From the NCBI RefSeq assembly GCF_054482595.1, contig NZ_CM137008.1: a stretch of DNA of 64,000 nucleotides, one strand, 5' to 3'. How positions within the stretch are numbered: the stretch's first letter is position 1; every line of letters begins with the position of its first letter. This document shows, in pieces, positions 23,677 to 33,977 of the stretch. The position numbers and the translations under genes were made by a program. Below the pieces are notes generated by a model. That model searched no databases, was not told the DNA's origin, and saw only the letters and a program-made list of their open reading frames with translations.

Positions 23677-25077
23677 ATGTCTCGTATTGAAAGCGATTTC
23701 CTTGGTGAGCGTGAAGTTCCGGATGATTGCTATTATGGTGTTCAGACACTTCGTGGTGAGGATAATTTCCATATTACTGAAATGCCAATGAGTCAGGAGC
23801 CCTTCTTCATCATTGCCTTCGGTTATGTGAAAAAAGCAGCTGCGATGGCTAATAAGGAGTTAGGTACAATTCCTGCTGATGTTGCGGATGCTTTAATCTG
23901 GGCTTGCGACCAATTAATTGATGGTAAGTACCGGGAACAGTTTGTGACCGACTGGCTTCAGGGGGGAGCCGGAACGTCAACCAATATGAACTGCAATGAA
24001 GTGATTTGTAATCTTGCTGCAGAAAAACTTGGTAGCGTTAAAGGGGATTACAAACGCGTTTCGCCAAACGACCATGCTAATTTTGGTCAGTCCACCAATG
24101 ATACATATCCGACAGCATTACATCTGGCATTGCTGCTGCGAAGCAATGTATTGCTTGAAGCTGTTGAACACCTCGTAGGAGCATTCTACAAAAAGGCTGA
24201 CGAGTTCAGCACAGTGCTCAAGATGGGACGTACTCACCTGCAGGATGCAGTGCCAATGACTCTCGGCCAGGAGTTCCATGGCTGGGGTTTTACAATTAAT
24301 GATGAAATTCGGGTCATCCGTAATGCACAGGAACACCTGCGGGTTGTAAACCTTGGTGCTACTGCGATTGGTACCTGTGTTACCGCTCACCCGGATTATC
24401 CCGCTTTAGCCGTGAAATATCTGGCCCAGATCACAGGCATTAATTTCAGGAACAGTGAAGATCTCATCGCTGCCACAAGCGACTGTGGTGCATATGTTGC
24501 ACTCAGTTCGGCCATGAAGAGCCTCTCTGTGAAGCTTACCAAGGTTTGTAATGACATTCGACTGCTTGCTTCAGGCCCCCGTTGCGGCCTGGCTGAAATT
24601 AACCTGCCTCAATTGCAACCGGGTTCTTCCATTATGCCTGGTAAGGTTAACCCCGTTATCCCGGAAGTAACAAACCAGTCTTGCTTTCTGGTTCAGGGGC
24701 TGGACACCACAGTGATGCTGGCGGCATCTGCTGGTCAGCTTGAGCTTAACGTTATGGAGCCGGTCATCACCTTTGCGCTGTTCACCTCACTCAAGGTGAT
24801 GACGAATGCCTGTAACACACTCCGAACTAAATGCATTGATGGCATTACAGCTAATTCCGATCGAACTGCAGAGATGGTAATGCATTCCTGCGGTATTGTG
24901 ACTCTCCTGAAGCCACATCTGGGATATAAGGTGTGTTCTGAAATGGCGCACGAAGCATACCATACAGGCAAATCCCTCCATCAGATAGTGGTTGTCGAAC
25001 GTAAGCTACTCACACAGGAAGAATGGGAGAAGACATTCAATCTGGATAATCTGATTGCTCCGAAGTTCGAACAATAA
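23677..25077 (+). CDS. aspartate ammonia-lyase paralogue, copy 2 (inverted duplicate of 2775..4175)
   Basis: 466 aa differing from copy 1 at 3 residues (I14V, K28E, G120S); nucleotide identity roughly 98% where compared, including ~45 bp upstream. Confidence 0.85.
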   Translation: MSRIESDFLGEREVPDDCYYGVQTLRGEDNFHITEMPMSQEPFFIIAFGYVKKAAAMANKELGTIPADVADALIWACDQLIDGKYREQFVTDWLQGGAGTSTNMNCNEVICNLAAEKLGSVKGDYKRVSPNDHANFGQSTNDTYPTALHLALLLRSNVLLEAVEHLVGAFYKKADEFSTVLKMGRTHLQDAVPMTLGQEFHGWGFTINDEIRVIRNAQEHLRVVNLGATAIGTCVTAHPDYPALAVKYLAQITGINFRNSEDLIAATSDCGAYVALSSAMKSLSVKLTKVCNDIRLLASGPRCGLAEINLPQLQPGSSIMPGKVNPVIPEVTNQSCFLVQGLDTTVMLAASAGQLELNVMEPVITFALFTSLKVMTNACNTLRTKCIDGITANSDRTAEMVMHSCGIVTLLKPHLGYKVCSEMAHEAYHTGKSLHQIVVVERKLLTQEEWEKTFNLDNLIAPKFEQ

Positions 25078-25232
25078 TTGTTCAGAATCTGTAAGAAGGG
25101 AGATCCGGCAGGGGATGGCGCGAATGAAAACGTATCAGTCCTCTGCCCGGATGTTTGTAAAAATACATTCCATAAGGCCTTTGTTGAGAGGAGCTCAGGG
25201 GTAAAGGTGTCTCACTAATTCGGGAGAGAATC

Positions 25233-26567
25233 ATGGATATTATCACTGTTCTTCAGATAGTGGTTCTGCTGGGGGCAATCTTTTTGGGTGTCCGTATGGG
25301 CGGGATTGGTATTGGTTATGCCGGTGGCATTGGGGTATTGATTCTGGGGCTTTGTCTGGATATGAAGCCTGGTAATATCCCCTGGGATGTGATTCTAATT
25401 ATTGCATCGGTAATTTCTGCTATTTCGGCCATGCAACTGGCGGGAGGACTGGACTATCTCGTTCAGGTCGCTGAACGAATTCTTCGTAAAAATCCAAAAT
25501 ATATTAATTACCTGGCTCCGGTTGTCACTTATGTGCTGACAATCTTTGCCGGTACGGGACATACTGCATTTTCAATGATCCCTGTAATTGTCGAAGTTTC
25601 CAAAGAACAAAACATTAAGCCCTCATGTCCGCTCTCAATTGCGGTTGTATCATCTCAAATTGCAATTACAGCATCACCTGTATCGGCTGCCGTTATCTAT
25701 ATGTCTGGCGTACTGGAAGGCTTTGGGTGGAGTTATCCAGTATTGCTTGGGATATGGTTGTTTACCACATTCGTTGGTTGCATGCTTACCGCATTTATAA
25801 TCAGTCTGATTTCTGACATGAAATTAGACAATGATCCGGTTTACCGGGAGCGTCTTTCCAAAGGACTCGTAAGCGCGCCAGTAAAGAGTGTTAACAAACA
25901 GCTCAAGCCTTATGCCAGACGATCTGTCGCAATTTTCCTTATTGGCGTCATCCTGGTGGTCCTTTACGCTTCGGCCATTAGCCCGACGCTGGGTCTGATT
26001 GATAACGTTGTTGTTAGTCGTGATGCGGCTATTATGAGTCTCATGCTACTGGTTGGCGGATTCATTACCCTTTTCTGTAAAGCAGATATAAACAAGATTG
26101 CGGACTCCTCTGTGTTCAAGTCAGGCATGGTTGCCTGTATCTGTGTACTGGGTGTGGCATGGTTGGGGGACACTTTTGTATCTGGTCATTCAGGAGAAAT
26201 TAAGGAGCTTGCCAGAACTACTGTATCCCAGTATCCAGCTCTTCTGGCTGTGGTATTTTTCCTGGCTGCGATGCTTCTGTATTCACAGGCTGCAACTGCC
26301 AAAGCTATCACTCCGGCTATTGTGACTGCATTGGGTATTACTGCAGCGAATCCGGATGACAGTTACATGCTGGTAGCTTCTTTTGCTGCTGTGTCTGCTT
26401 TATTTGTGTTACCAACTTACCCAACCCTTCTGGGGGCGGTGCAAATGGATGACACAGGAACGACCCGTATTGGTAAGTATGTGTTCAACCATGCTTTCTT
26501 TATTCCGGGTGTACTGGCTATTGCTTTCTCAGTGCTTCTGGGATTTCTTGTGGTGAGTATGTTCTGA
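25233..26567 (+). CDS. DcuA-family anaerobic C4-dicarboxylate/aspartate transporter (second paralogue)
   Basis: 444 aa; closer to DcuA than 4398..5696 is (KPGNIPWDVILII, AITASPVSAAVIYMS, QMDDTGTTRIGKYVFNHAFFIPG); downstream of aspA-like as in the aspA-dcuA arrangement. Confidence 0.85.
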   Translation: MDIITVLQIVVLLGAIFLGVRMGGIGIGYAGGIGVLILGLCLDMKPGNIPWDVILIIASVISAISAMQLAGGLDYLVQVAERILRKNPKYINYLAPVVTYVLTIFAGTGHTAFSMIPVIVEVSKEQNIKPSCPLSIAVVSSQIAITASPVSAAVIYMSGVLEGFGWSYPVLLGIWLFTTFVGCMLTAFIISLISDMKLDNDPVYRERLSKGLVSAPVKSVNKQLKPYARRSVAIFLIGVILVVLYASAISPTLGLIDNVVVSRDAAIMSLMLLVGGFITLFCKADINKIADSSVFKSGMVACICVLGVAWLGDTFVSGHSGEIKELARTTVSQYPALLAVVFFLAAMLLYSQAATAKAITPAIVTALGITAANPDDSYMLVASFAAVSALFVLPTYPTLLGAVQMDDTGTTRIGKYVFNHAFFIPGVLAIAFSVLLGFLVVSMF

Positions 26568-27054
26568 TTCTTGACCGAACGTAATTTCAATCTCCTGGCT
26601 ACCCGTCAATACGTATCCACATTGATTGGTAGCCCATTCAATCTTTAAGTATTGAGGTGCGCATTGTTACTTCGTTATAAATATTTTAGTGCAACATTTA
26701 TTATACGATTCTAATCAAAAAACATGATGGACGCTCATTGCTATTCTGAATGGGAGGTAATTAAACATTCTATTTACATTGATGTTTTCTACATCGATAA
26801 GAATATTTTTGATGAATGATGTTATCACGGAATGCGGTGTTTTTTTATCGATAGTTAATGTTGTTCGCCCACCTGTCAAGGAGGGATATTATATCCTGAA
26901 ATATAACAGTTTATCATCTTATTCTGGATGAGTTAATGACAAGTTAAAGAGAATGAATTTATTAAAACATATCATTATTAAGCAAATTTATAAGGCATTA
27001 ACTGTTCTATAGAAAAATACATGGTAAATATATTTCACAGTCCAGGAGGTAGAT

Positions 27055-28101
27055 ATGAATTTCTATAAAAGAACGGCACTTGCCGCACTGGTTATGGGTT
27101 TTAGTGGTGCAGCACTGGCATTACCCAATATCACCATTTTAGCAACCGGCGGGACCATTGCCGGTGGTGGTGACTCCGCAACCAAATCTAACTACACAGC
27201 GGGTAAAGTTGGCGTAGAAAATCTGGTTAATGCGGTGCCGCAACTGAAGGACATTGCGAACGTTAAAGGCGAGCAGGTAGTGAATATCGGCTCCCAGGAC
27301 ATGAACGATAATGTCTGGCTGACACTGGCGAAAAAAATTAACACCGACTGCGATAAAACCGACGGCTTCGTCATTACCCACGGTACCGACACGATGGAAG
27401 AAACCGCTTACTTCCTTGACCTGACGGTGAAATGTGACAAACCGGTGGTGATGGTCGGTGCAATGCGCCCGTCCACGTCCATGAGCGCAGACGGTCCCTT
27501 CAATCTGTATAACGCGGTAGTTACCGCAGCTGATAAAGCCTCCGCTAATCGTGGCGTACTGGTAGTAATGAACGACACTGTTCTGGATGGCCGTGACGTC
27601 ACTAAAACCAACACCACCAACGTAGCGACCTTCAAGTCTGTTAACTACGGCCCTCTGGGTTACATTCACAACGGTAAGATTGACTACCAGCGCACCCCGG
27701 CACGTAAGCACACCAGTGATACGCCGTTCGATGTCTCTAAGCTGAATGAACTGCCGAAAGTCGGCATTGTTTATAACTACGCTAACGCATCCGATCTTCC
27801 GGCTAAAGCACTGGTAGATGCGGGCTATGATGGCATCGTTAGCGCTGGTGTGGGTAACGGTAACCTGTATAAATCCGTGTTTGACACCCTGGCGACCGCC
27901 GCGAAAAACGGCACTGCGGTAGTGCGTTCTTCCCGCGTACCGACGGGAGCAACCACTCAGGATGCCGAAGTGGATGATGCGAAATATGGCTTCGTCGCCT
28001 CTGGCACGTTGAACCCGCAAAAAGCACGTGTTCTGCTGCAACTGGCTCTGACGCAAACCAAAGATCCGCAGCAGATCCAGCAGATATTCAATCAGTACTA
28101 A
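27055..28101 (+). CDS. ansB: periplasmic L-asparaginase II
   Basis: 348 aa; mature region essentially the E. coli type II asparaginase sequence (LPNITILATGGTIAGGG...QQIFNQY) with a few substitutions; signal peptide MNFYKRTALAALVMGFSGAALA differs slightly; flanks are not those of housekeeping ansB. Confidence 0.85.
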   Translation: MNFYKRTALAALVMGFSGAALALPNITILATGGTIAGGGDSATKSNYTAGKVGVENLVNAVPQLKDIANVKGEQVVNIGSQDMNDNVWLTLAKKINTDCDKTDGFVITHGTDTMEETAYFLDLTVKCDKPVVMVGAMRPSTSMSADGPFNLYNAVVTAADKASANRGVLVVMNDTVLDGRDVTKTNTTNVATFKSVNYGPLGYIHNGKIDYQRTPARKHTSDTPFDVSKLNELPKVGIVYNYANASDLPAKALVDAGYDGIVSAGVGNGNLYKSVFDTLATAAKNGTAVVRSSRVPTGATTQDAEVDDAKYGFVASGTLNPQKARVLLQLALTQTKDPQQIQQIFNQY

Positions 28102-28694
28102 TAACCTCGCCCCGGTAACGTGCCGGGGCTTTTATAGTATTGGTTTTAGGCAGTTTAATGAATAAAGTGACAGACATGAATAATGGGGACCATTTCAATA
28201 CATAATGGTTTTCTTGTACCCATGAAATGTGGTTAATTCCGGATTTATCGGGAGGGGCTTGTTAATGATATCCTGATGCTCATCGTGATGATGAGTAACA
28301 TTCATAAAATGTGCTTATCAAAAACCGTGGAGTATTACTTGGCAGATAGATGAGCGAATTCACAGTTGAATCCAGAGAAATAATATCCTCTGTTCACTGG
28401 TAGACCAATGTTGTTCCAGGACAAATTCATTCACGATAAAATTGCGGAAAAAACGGGCAGGATTGGTAACGAAGCATCCGGGAGAATATACTCTTTCTGA
28501 ACAATGGGGGAGTGCCATGCATCAGTGTAAATGTCAAAAAATCTGAAATCTTCCATATTTACCGCACATAACTATTCCCTGACCATACGTTTATCCTCTT
28601 AATATCCGGAACACACTCTCCAGAAATTATCGCACGATGAGTTTATTGTGATTAAGTAGATGTCATAATTATGGTAGATAAATGATTAAAAGGC

Positions 28695-29420
28695 TTACGG
28701 TTTTTCACTATATTTTTTAATATATGGGTAATATTGATGTCTTATCCAGTAACGATAAGCAGGGCGACCAGTGACACCACAGGAAAAATCAAATGCCAAT
28801 ATATGGCAACTTACCAGCCAGATGATATATTTTCTGCATGAGATTCTGGATATCTTAATACCACTGGCCAGTTCATTGAGTGTGAATTTTTTATGTTGAT
28901 GCTCATCAATCCACCTACAAATAATTCGCAATGTATCTGTTGACAGTCCTTTGGGTAAATGTCTTATTTTTTCTGTGTTCGGAATTATTTTGTGAGTTAA
29001 TAAATCCAGTTCTGATTGATTGAATATCTTCTGACTCTCAAGAAGAGTCTTTTTATGTTTCCATCGTGTAAGCGAATCAACCAAACGTGAGATATGAAAT
29101 GGCTTTATCAGATAATCAGAAACACCATAATGTAATGAATCTTTAATTGTCGCAGAGTCATCAGCAGCAGAAATTACAATAACATCACTTTTGCAATGAA
29201 TGCTATGAAGAAAAGGGAGTAAATCAAGTCCGTTATCTTTATTGATATAAAGATCAAGCAAAATCAAGTCAGCCAGTTTTTTATTTACAGATATAATTTC
29301 TTTCGCCTGACCAAGTGATAACGCTATGCCACAGCATTTAAATGCCGGGGTTTGTTCTACAATGCGACGAATCACATCAGCTACTAATATATCGTCATCA
29401 ACAATTAATACATTGTTCAT
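28695..29420 (-). CDS. DcuR/CitB-family response regulator (no adjacent sensor kinase)
   Basis: 241 aa; receiver domain (VLIVDDD...DLILLDLYI) plus CitB-type HTH; clearly related to DcuR; upstream 1 kb has no ORF of 60 aa or more. Confidence 0.8.
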   Translation of the reverse strand: MNNVLIVDDDILVADVIRRIVEQTPAFKCCGIALSLGQAKEIISVNKKLADLILLDLYINKDNGLDLLPFLHSIHCKSDVIVISAADDSATIKDSLHYGVSDYLIKPFHISRLVDSLTRWKHKKTLLESQKIFNQSELDLLTHKIIPNTEKIRHLPKGLSTDTLRIICRWIDEHQHKKFTLNELASGIKISRISCRKYIIWLVSCHILAFDFSCGVTGRPAYRYWIRHQYYPYIKKYSEKP

Positions 29421-30398
29421 TTTTCCAACCTAGCTTGCCAACGTAATACCTAAATCTATATAAATATTCTATATAGTGATTTAAAAATCAACCCTATTGT
29501 TACTTATGGAATTTAATTAACTTTCCCTGGGTTAGATATACTATTTAATATTTCCCCGTTAAAATAAAATGTGAAATTATTTTTGTTAAAAATTTTAAGA
29601 GGGAAATGGATTAGTTTTTTTTATCATTGGTTCTGTGTCATTAACTTTGGAGTTAGTAACTCTACTTCTAAGAACGTTTTTTGAAAAAACATTGCTTATA
29701 CTAAACATTATAGTAAAAAGAGTGACACCTGATCAACCTACAACAGTGATTACACCAGAGTGTATATCTCTGTATATTTTCTGTGACGAGTACAAAATAT
29801 CAAGTTAACCCACTCAGATCGTACAGCAGAACCTTGTAATTTCCACGCAACTCACTGATTGGAGATACATCTAATTTTTATTTCCATGGCTGAGATTACT
29901 AAGAACGTGTTCTGTTGTATTGTTATCCGTTTTTGTCAAACCATTATCACAGTTCATTCGGATATCTCTGATACTGATCTCCTCAGACCTGCATAATTAC
30001 AACTTCTGTTGGTTCCGCGTCACCAGGTAATCAACACCCAACTGTTGGTTCTGTCCTTGGACGGGAACACATGTTGGCAGGTAACTCCCATCCAGTGAAG
30101 ATAAATTTCTCAAAAGGCAACTACTCAGGCAAGTTCTCCTTTATGTTTATGCCTGATAATATTTTCCAGATCGTATAAGGCGTCGATACGTACAGAAGAC
30201 GTGGCACTCAGACTTACGCATCCCTGCTCTAACTTAACATAGTCTGCTATGATAGCGCTCTCTTTACCAATAAAGCTCGCTTATATATCAAAGATACCTT
30301 ATTAGGATAAACACAGCTAATAACTTGACAGTGATATCACATAGCACTCACACCAGATAAGTTTTCCGGTTGAGTTTTAGTTTTTGAAAGATTTAATG

Positions 30399-31055
30399 CT
30401 ATATTTTCTTTTCCAGTAAATGAACTCGCATTAACTCTGAAGCCATTTGGGCATCGCCTTTTTTGATATACGACAATATCTCTCTCTGTTTTGAAGCAGT
30501 ATCAAGGAAGTATTGACAATCATTATCCGGTAACGACTCTCTTGTTTTCTCAAAATAAGCGATTAACACATCAGAGAAAACCTGCAGAACACGATTACCA
30601 CTGGCCTGAAGCAAGAGCAGGTGAAAATCCCGATCATGTTGATCTGCTATTTGTGGATTGTCTGCATTTTCCTCAATCAATCTCAATTCATTTTCAAGTT
30701 TGGAGAGCATCGCTGGGAAAATTCGGCGTGTTGCCAGTGGAATGATCGCGCACTCAACTAAAATTCTGGCCTCTGTAAATTCCGAGATATCAAACCCAGA
30801 TAGATCAAACTGCATCAACAATTGGTCGTTAATACTACTCTGGCCAACGTTTTTTAACAGACTTCCTCTGCGAGGGGCTCGTTCAAGCATTCCCATTTGG
30901 ACGAGAGTACTAAGTGCCTGACGGACTTTATATCGGGAGGTGTTAAAACGAGTTGCAAGTTCCGTTTCTGTTTCTATACGGCCATCGGCTTTACGATTAG
31001 CTTCATCAAGCAAATAATCTTTAATAGATTCAAATAGTTCTTTTCTTTTATCCAT
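30399..31055 (-). CDS. GntR/FadR-family transcriptional regulator
   Basis: 218 aa; N-terminal GntR HTH ([30 protein letters not shown]) and FadR-like C-terminal domain. Confidence 0.8.
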   Translation of the reverse strand: MDKRKELFESIKDYLLDEANRKADGRIETETELATRFNTSRYKVRQALSTLVQMGMLERAPRRGSLLKNVGQSSINDQLLMQFDLSGFDISEFTEARILVECAIIPLATRRIFPAMLSKLENELRLIEENADNPQIADQHDRDFHLLLLQASGNRVLQVFSDVLIAYFEKTRESLPDNDCQYFLDTASKQREILSYIKKGDAQMASELMRVHLLEKKI

Positions 31056-31262
31056 AATATACTCTGATTACAGCTCCTATCTATTCATAACTATAAATAA
31101 TATATTAAATTATATTTCTTTATATACTATCATAACAAATTTATTTATCATGTTTATTCGCACATTATGTGTAGACTGGCCCCCTGAATCTCCAGACAAC
31201 CAATATCACTTATTTAAGTGATAGTCTTAATACTAGTTTTTAGACTAGTCATTGGAGAGCAG

Positions 31263-31628
31263 ATGATTGATGTCTTAGGACCGGAGAAACGCAGACGGCG
31301 TACTACACAGGAAAAGATCGCTATTGTTCAGCAGAGTTTTGAACCGGGAATGACAGTCTCCCTTGTTGCCCGGCAACACGGTGTGGCAGCCAGCCAGTTA
31401 TTTCTCTGGCGCAAGCAATACCAGGAGGGAAGTCTTACTGCTGTGGCCGCAGGAGAACAGGTCGTTCCTGCCTCTGAACTTGCTGCCGCCATGAAGCAGA
31501 TTAAAGAACTCCAGCGCCTGCTCGGCAAAAAAACGATGGAAAATGAACTCCTTAAAGAAGCCGTTGAATACGGGCGTGCAAAAAAGTGGATAGCGCACGC
31601 GCCCTTATTGCCCGGGGATGGGGAGTAA
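31263..31628 (+). CDS. insC: IS2 OrfA (InsC)
   Basis: [56 protein letters not shown]... (121 aa). Confidence 0.9.
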
Positions 31629-32491
31629 GCTTAGTCAGCCGTTGTCTCCGGGTGTCGCGTGCGCAGTTGCACGTCATTCTCAGACGAACCGATGACTGGA
31701 AAGATGGTCGCCGCAGCCGTCACTCAGATGATACGGATGTGCTTCTCCGTATACACCATGTTATCGGAGAGCTGCCCACATATGGTTATCGTCGGGTATG
31801 GGCGCTGCTTCGCAGACAGGCCGAACTTGATGGTATGCCTGCGATCAATGCCAAACGTATTTACCGGATCATGCGCCAGAATGCGCTGTTGCTTGAGCGA
31901 AAACCCGCTGTACCGCCATCGAAACGGGCACATACCGGCAGAGTGGCTGTGAAAGAAAGTAATCAGCGATGGTGCTCTGACGGGTTCGAGTTCCGCTGTG
32001 ATAACGGAGAAAAACTGCGAGTCACGTTCGCGCTGGACTGCTGTGACCGTGAGGCACTGCACTGGGCGGTCACTACGGGCGGCTTCAACAGTGAAACAGT
32101 ACAGGACGTCATGCTGGGAGCGGTGGAACGCCGTTTCGGCAACGAGCTTCCGGCGTCTCCAGTAGAGTGGCTGACGGATAATGGTTCATGCTACCGGGCT
32201 AATGAAACACGGCAGTTTGCCCGGATGTTGGGGCTTGAACCGAAGAACACGGCGGTGCGGAGTCCGGAGAGTAACGGCATAGCAGAGAGCTTCGTGAAAA
32301 CGATAAAGCGTGACTACATCAGTGTCATGCCCAAACCAGACGGGTTAACGGCAGCAAAGAACCTTGCAGAGGCGTTCGAGCATTATAACGAATGGCATCC
32401 GCATAGTGCACTGGGTTATCGCTCGCCACGGGAATATCTACGGCAGCAAGCCAGTAATGGGTTAAGTGATAACAGGTGTCTGGAAATATAG
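31586..32491 (+). CDS. insD: IS2 OrfB (InsD) DDE transposase
   Basis: 301 aa; integrase-core DDE domain; overlaps insC in the -1 frame. Confidence 0.9.
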
Positions 32492-32539
32492 GGGCAAATC
32501 CAATGTGCATGATATTAAGCTATTTGTTGACGAAAGGGA

Positions 32540-33862
32540 TTGGTTATGATGTTATTCGTAATTCAGTTTGCAATAGTACTTACATGCATTGGGATAGGTG
32601 GGCACTTTGGTGGAATCGGCTTAGGGGCGGCGGGGGGATTAGGGCTCGCAATTCTGACTTTTGGTTTTGGAGTCCCGCCTGATTCCCCGCCTATCACTGT
32701 CATTTCCATTATTCTTGCTGTTATCACATGTATTGCTATCCTGCAGGCAGCGGGAGGTCTTGATCTTTTCGTGACAATAGCTGAAAAAATACTGCAAAAG
32801 AGGCCTGGTGCAATCACGTTTCTTGGGCCAGCAGTTGCTTATCTTTTTACGGCAATATGTGGAACTGGTTATGTCGCTTTTTCCATTTATCCTGTTATTG
32901 CTGAAATCGCAGCTGATGCAAGAGTGAGGCCAGAACGCGCCATGTCAATGTCAGTCATTGCCGCCAACTTTGGTCTTATAGCGAGCCCAGTAAGTGCGGT
33001 CGTTACAGGAACGATTGCGGTCTTTTCCGGATTACATGTTTCTGCTTTAGATATTTTATTGATTACTGTACCGGGAACTATTTTGGGGTGTCTTGTTGGT
33101 TGTTTGTTTGTTTATAAACGGGGCCATGATCTTGAAACGGACCCAGAGTTTCAACGCAGAGTTGCAGAAGGTGAATTTGAGTCAGTAAAAACTGGGGAAC
33201 GTACAATCAGTATTATATCTAAAACAGCGAAGAAAGCCCTGATGATTTTTATTTCTGGGATCATTTTGGTTGTTGTTTTAGGCTCTGTTCCAGAATTACG
33301 TCCGGTATGGAATACCAGTGCCGGTGTAGAACGGATGAGTATTCCAACAGCATTGCAAATCATCATGTTGACTACAGCATGTATCATTATGATGGTATGT
33401 CGGATTTCTCCATCGAAACTTGACTCAGGATCCGTTTTTAAGGCCGGTCTGGTTGGAGTTGTTGCCATATTTGGTCTTTCATGGATGATGAGTTCTTTCT
33501 TTGAAGCATGGCAAGATTTATTTAATAACACTTTCAATGATTTTCATAACCCAGTTATATTCGGTGTGATTGTGTTTGTTCTTTCTGCTGTGATTTACAG
33601 TCCCGCAGCAACTGCTGTGGCATTATTTCCTGCTGGCGTATTAATGGGATATTCGACTGAGACGCTCATAGCTTTGCTTCCGGTAACGTGCGGATCATTC
33701 ATTATTCCTGGTGGTGCACAAATTGCTTGCGTGGCGTTTGACAGAACAGGAACAACCAGAGTTGGCAAGTATGTAGTAAATCACAGTTATATGTTACCCG
33801 GTCTGATTACCGTTCTGGCTTCAACTATCTTCTGCTTCCTTTTTTCCACTATATTAGTGTAA
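32540..33862 (+). CDS. DcuB-family anaerobic C4-dicarboxylate transporter (paralogue 1), IS2 end 38 bp upstream
   Basis: 440 aa; DcuB-like motifs (FDRTGTTRVGKYVVNHSYMLPG). Confidence 0.85.
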   Translation: MVMMLFVIQFAIVLTCIGIGGHFGGIGLGAAGGLGLAILTFGFGVPPDSPPITVISIILAVITCIAILQAAGGLDLFVTIAEKILQKRPGAITFLGPAVAYLFTAICGTGYVAFSIYPVIAEIAADARVRPERAMSMSVIAANFGLIASPVSAVVTGTIAVFSGLHVSALDILLITVPGTILGCLVGCLFVYKRGHDLETDPEFQRRVAEGEFESVKTGERTISIISKTAKKALMIFISGIILVVVLGSVPELRPVWNTSAGVERMSIPTALQIIMLTTACIIMMVCRISPSKLDSGSVFKAGLVGVVAIFGLSWMMSSFFEAWQDLFNNTFNDFHNPVIFGVIVFVLSAVIYSPAATAVALFPAGVLMGYSTETLIALLPVTCGSFIIPGGAQIACVAFDRTGTTRVGKYVVNHSYMLPGLITVLASTIFCFLFSTILV

Positions 33863-33977
33863 TCAGAGAAGTATTCTTACAGCTGTGTAATATTTTCTTA
33901 ATCCCCCTTCCTCAAAAACGCTGAAGGGGGCTAATTCGTCATGCCACAGTGTTATCCTCTTCATTTATTCCTTAATG

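Larger units (their letters stand above)
31172..32502 (+). mobile_element. IS2 (1331 bp) with 5-bp target-site duplication ATGTG
   Basis: Ends TAGACTGGCCCCCTGAATCTCC ... GGGGCAAATCCA; InsC and InsD ORFs intact; identical ATGTG at 31167..31171 and 32503..32507. Confidence 0.9.

Noticed and set aside
27139..28056. 305-aa ORF on the minus strand; likewise 46840..47562, 11011..11625, 12348..12935, 8238..8798, 62978..63493 and other long antisense ORFs
   Set aside because: Each lies entirely inside a well-supported gene on the opposite strand (ansB, ldtA, dgoK, dgoR, IS200 tnpA, yeeJ) and has no recognisable domain or start signal; treated as reading-frame shadows.
27055..28101. Possibility that this is the housekeeping ansB locus in its normal context
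   Set aside because: The flanking genes here are a DcuA-like transporter and a DcuR-like regulator, not the ansB neighbours I recall from K-12, and the signal peptide differs; treated as a second or translocated asparaginase II, though the call needs a database check.
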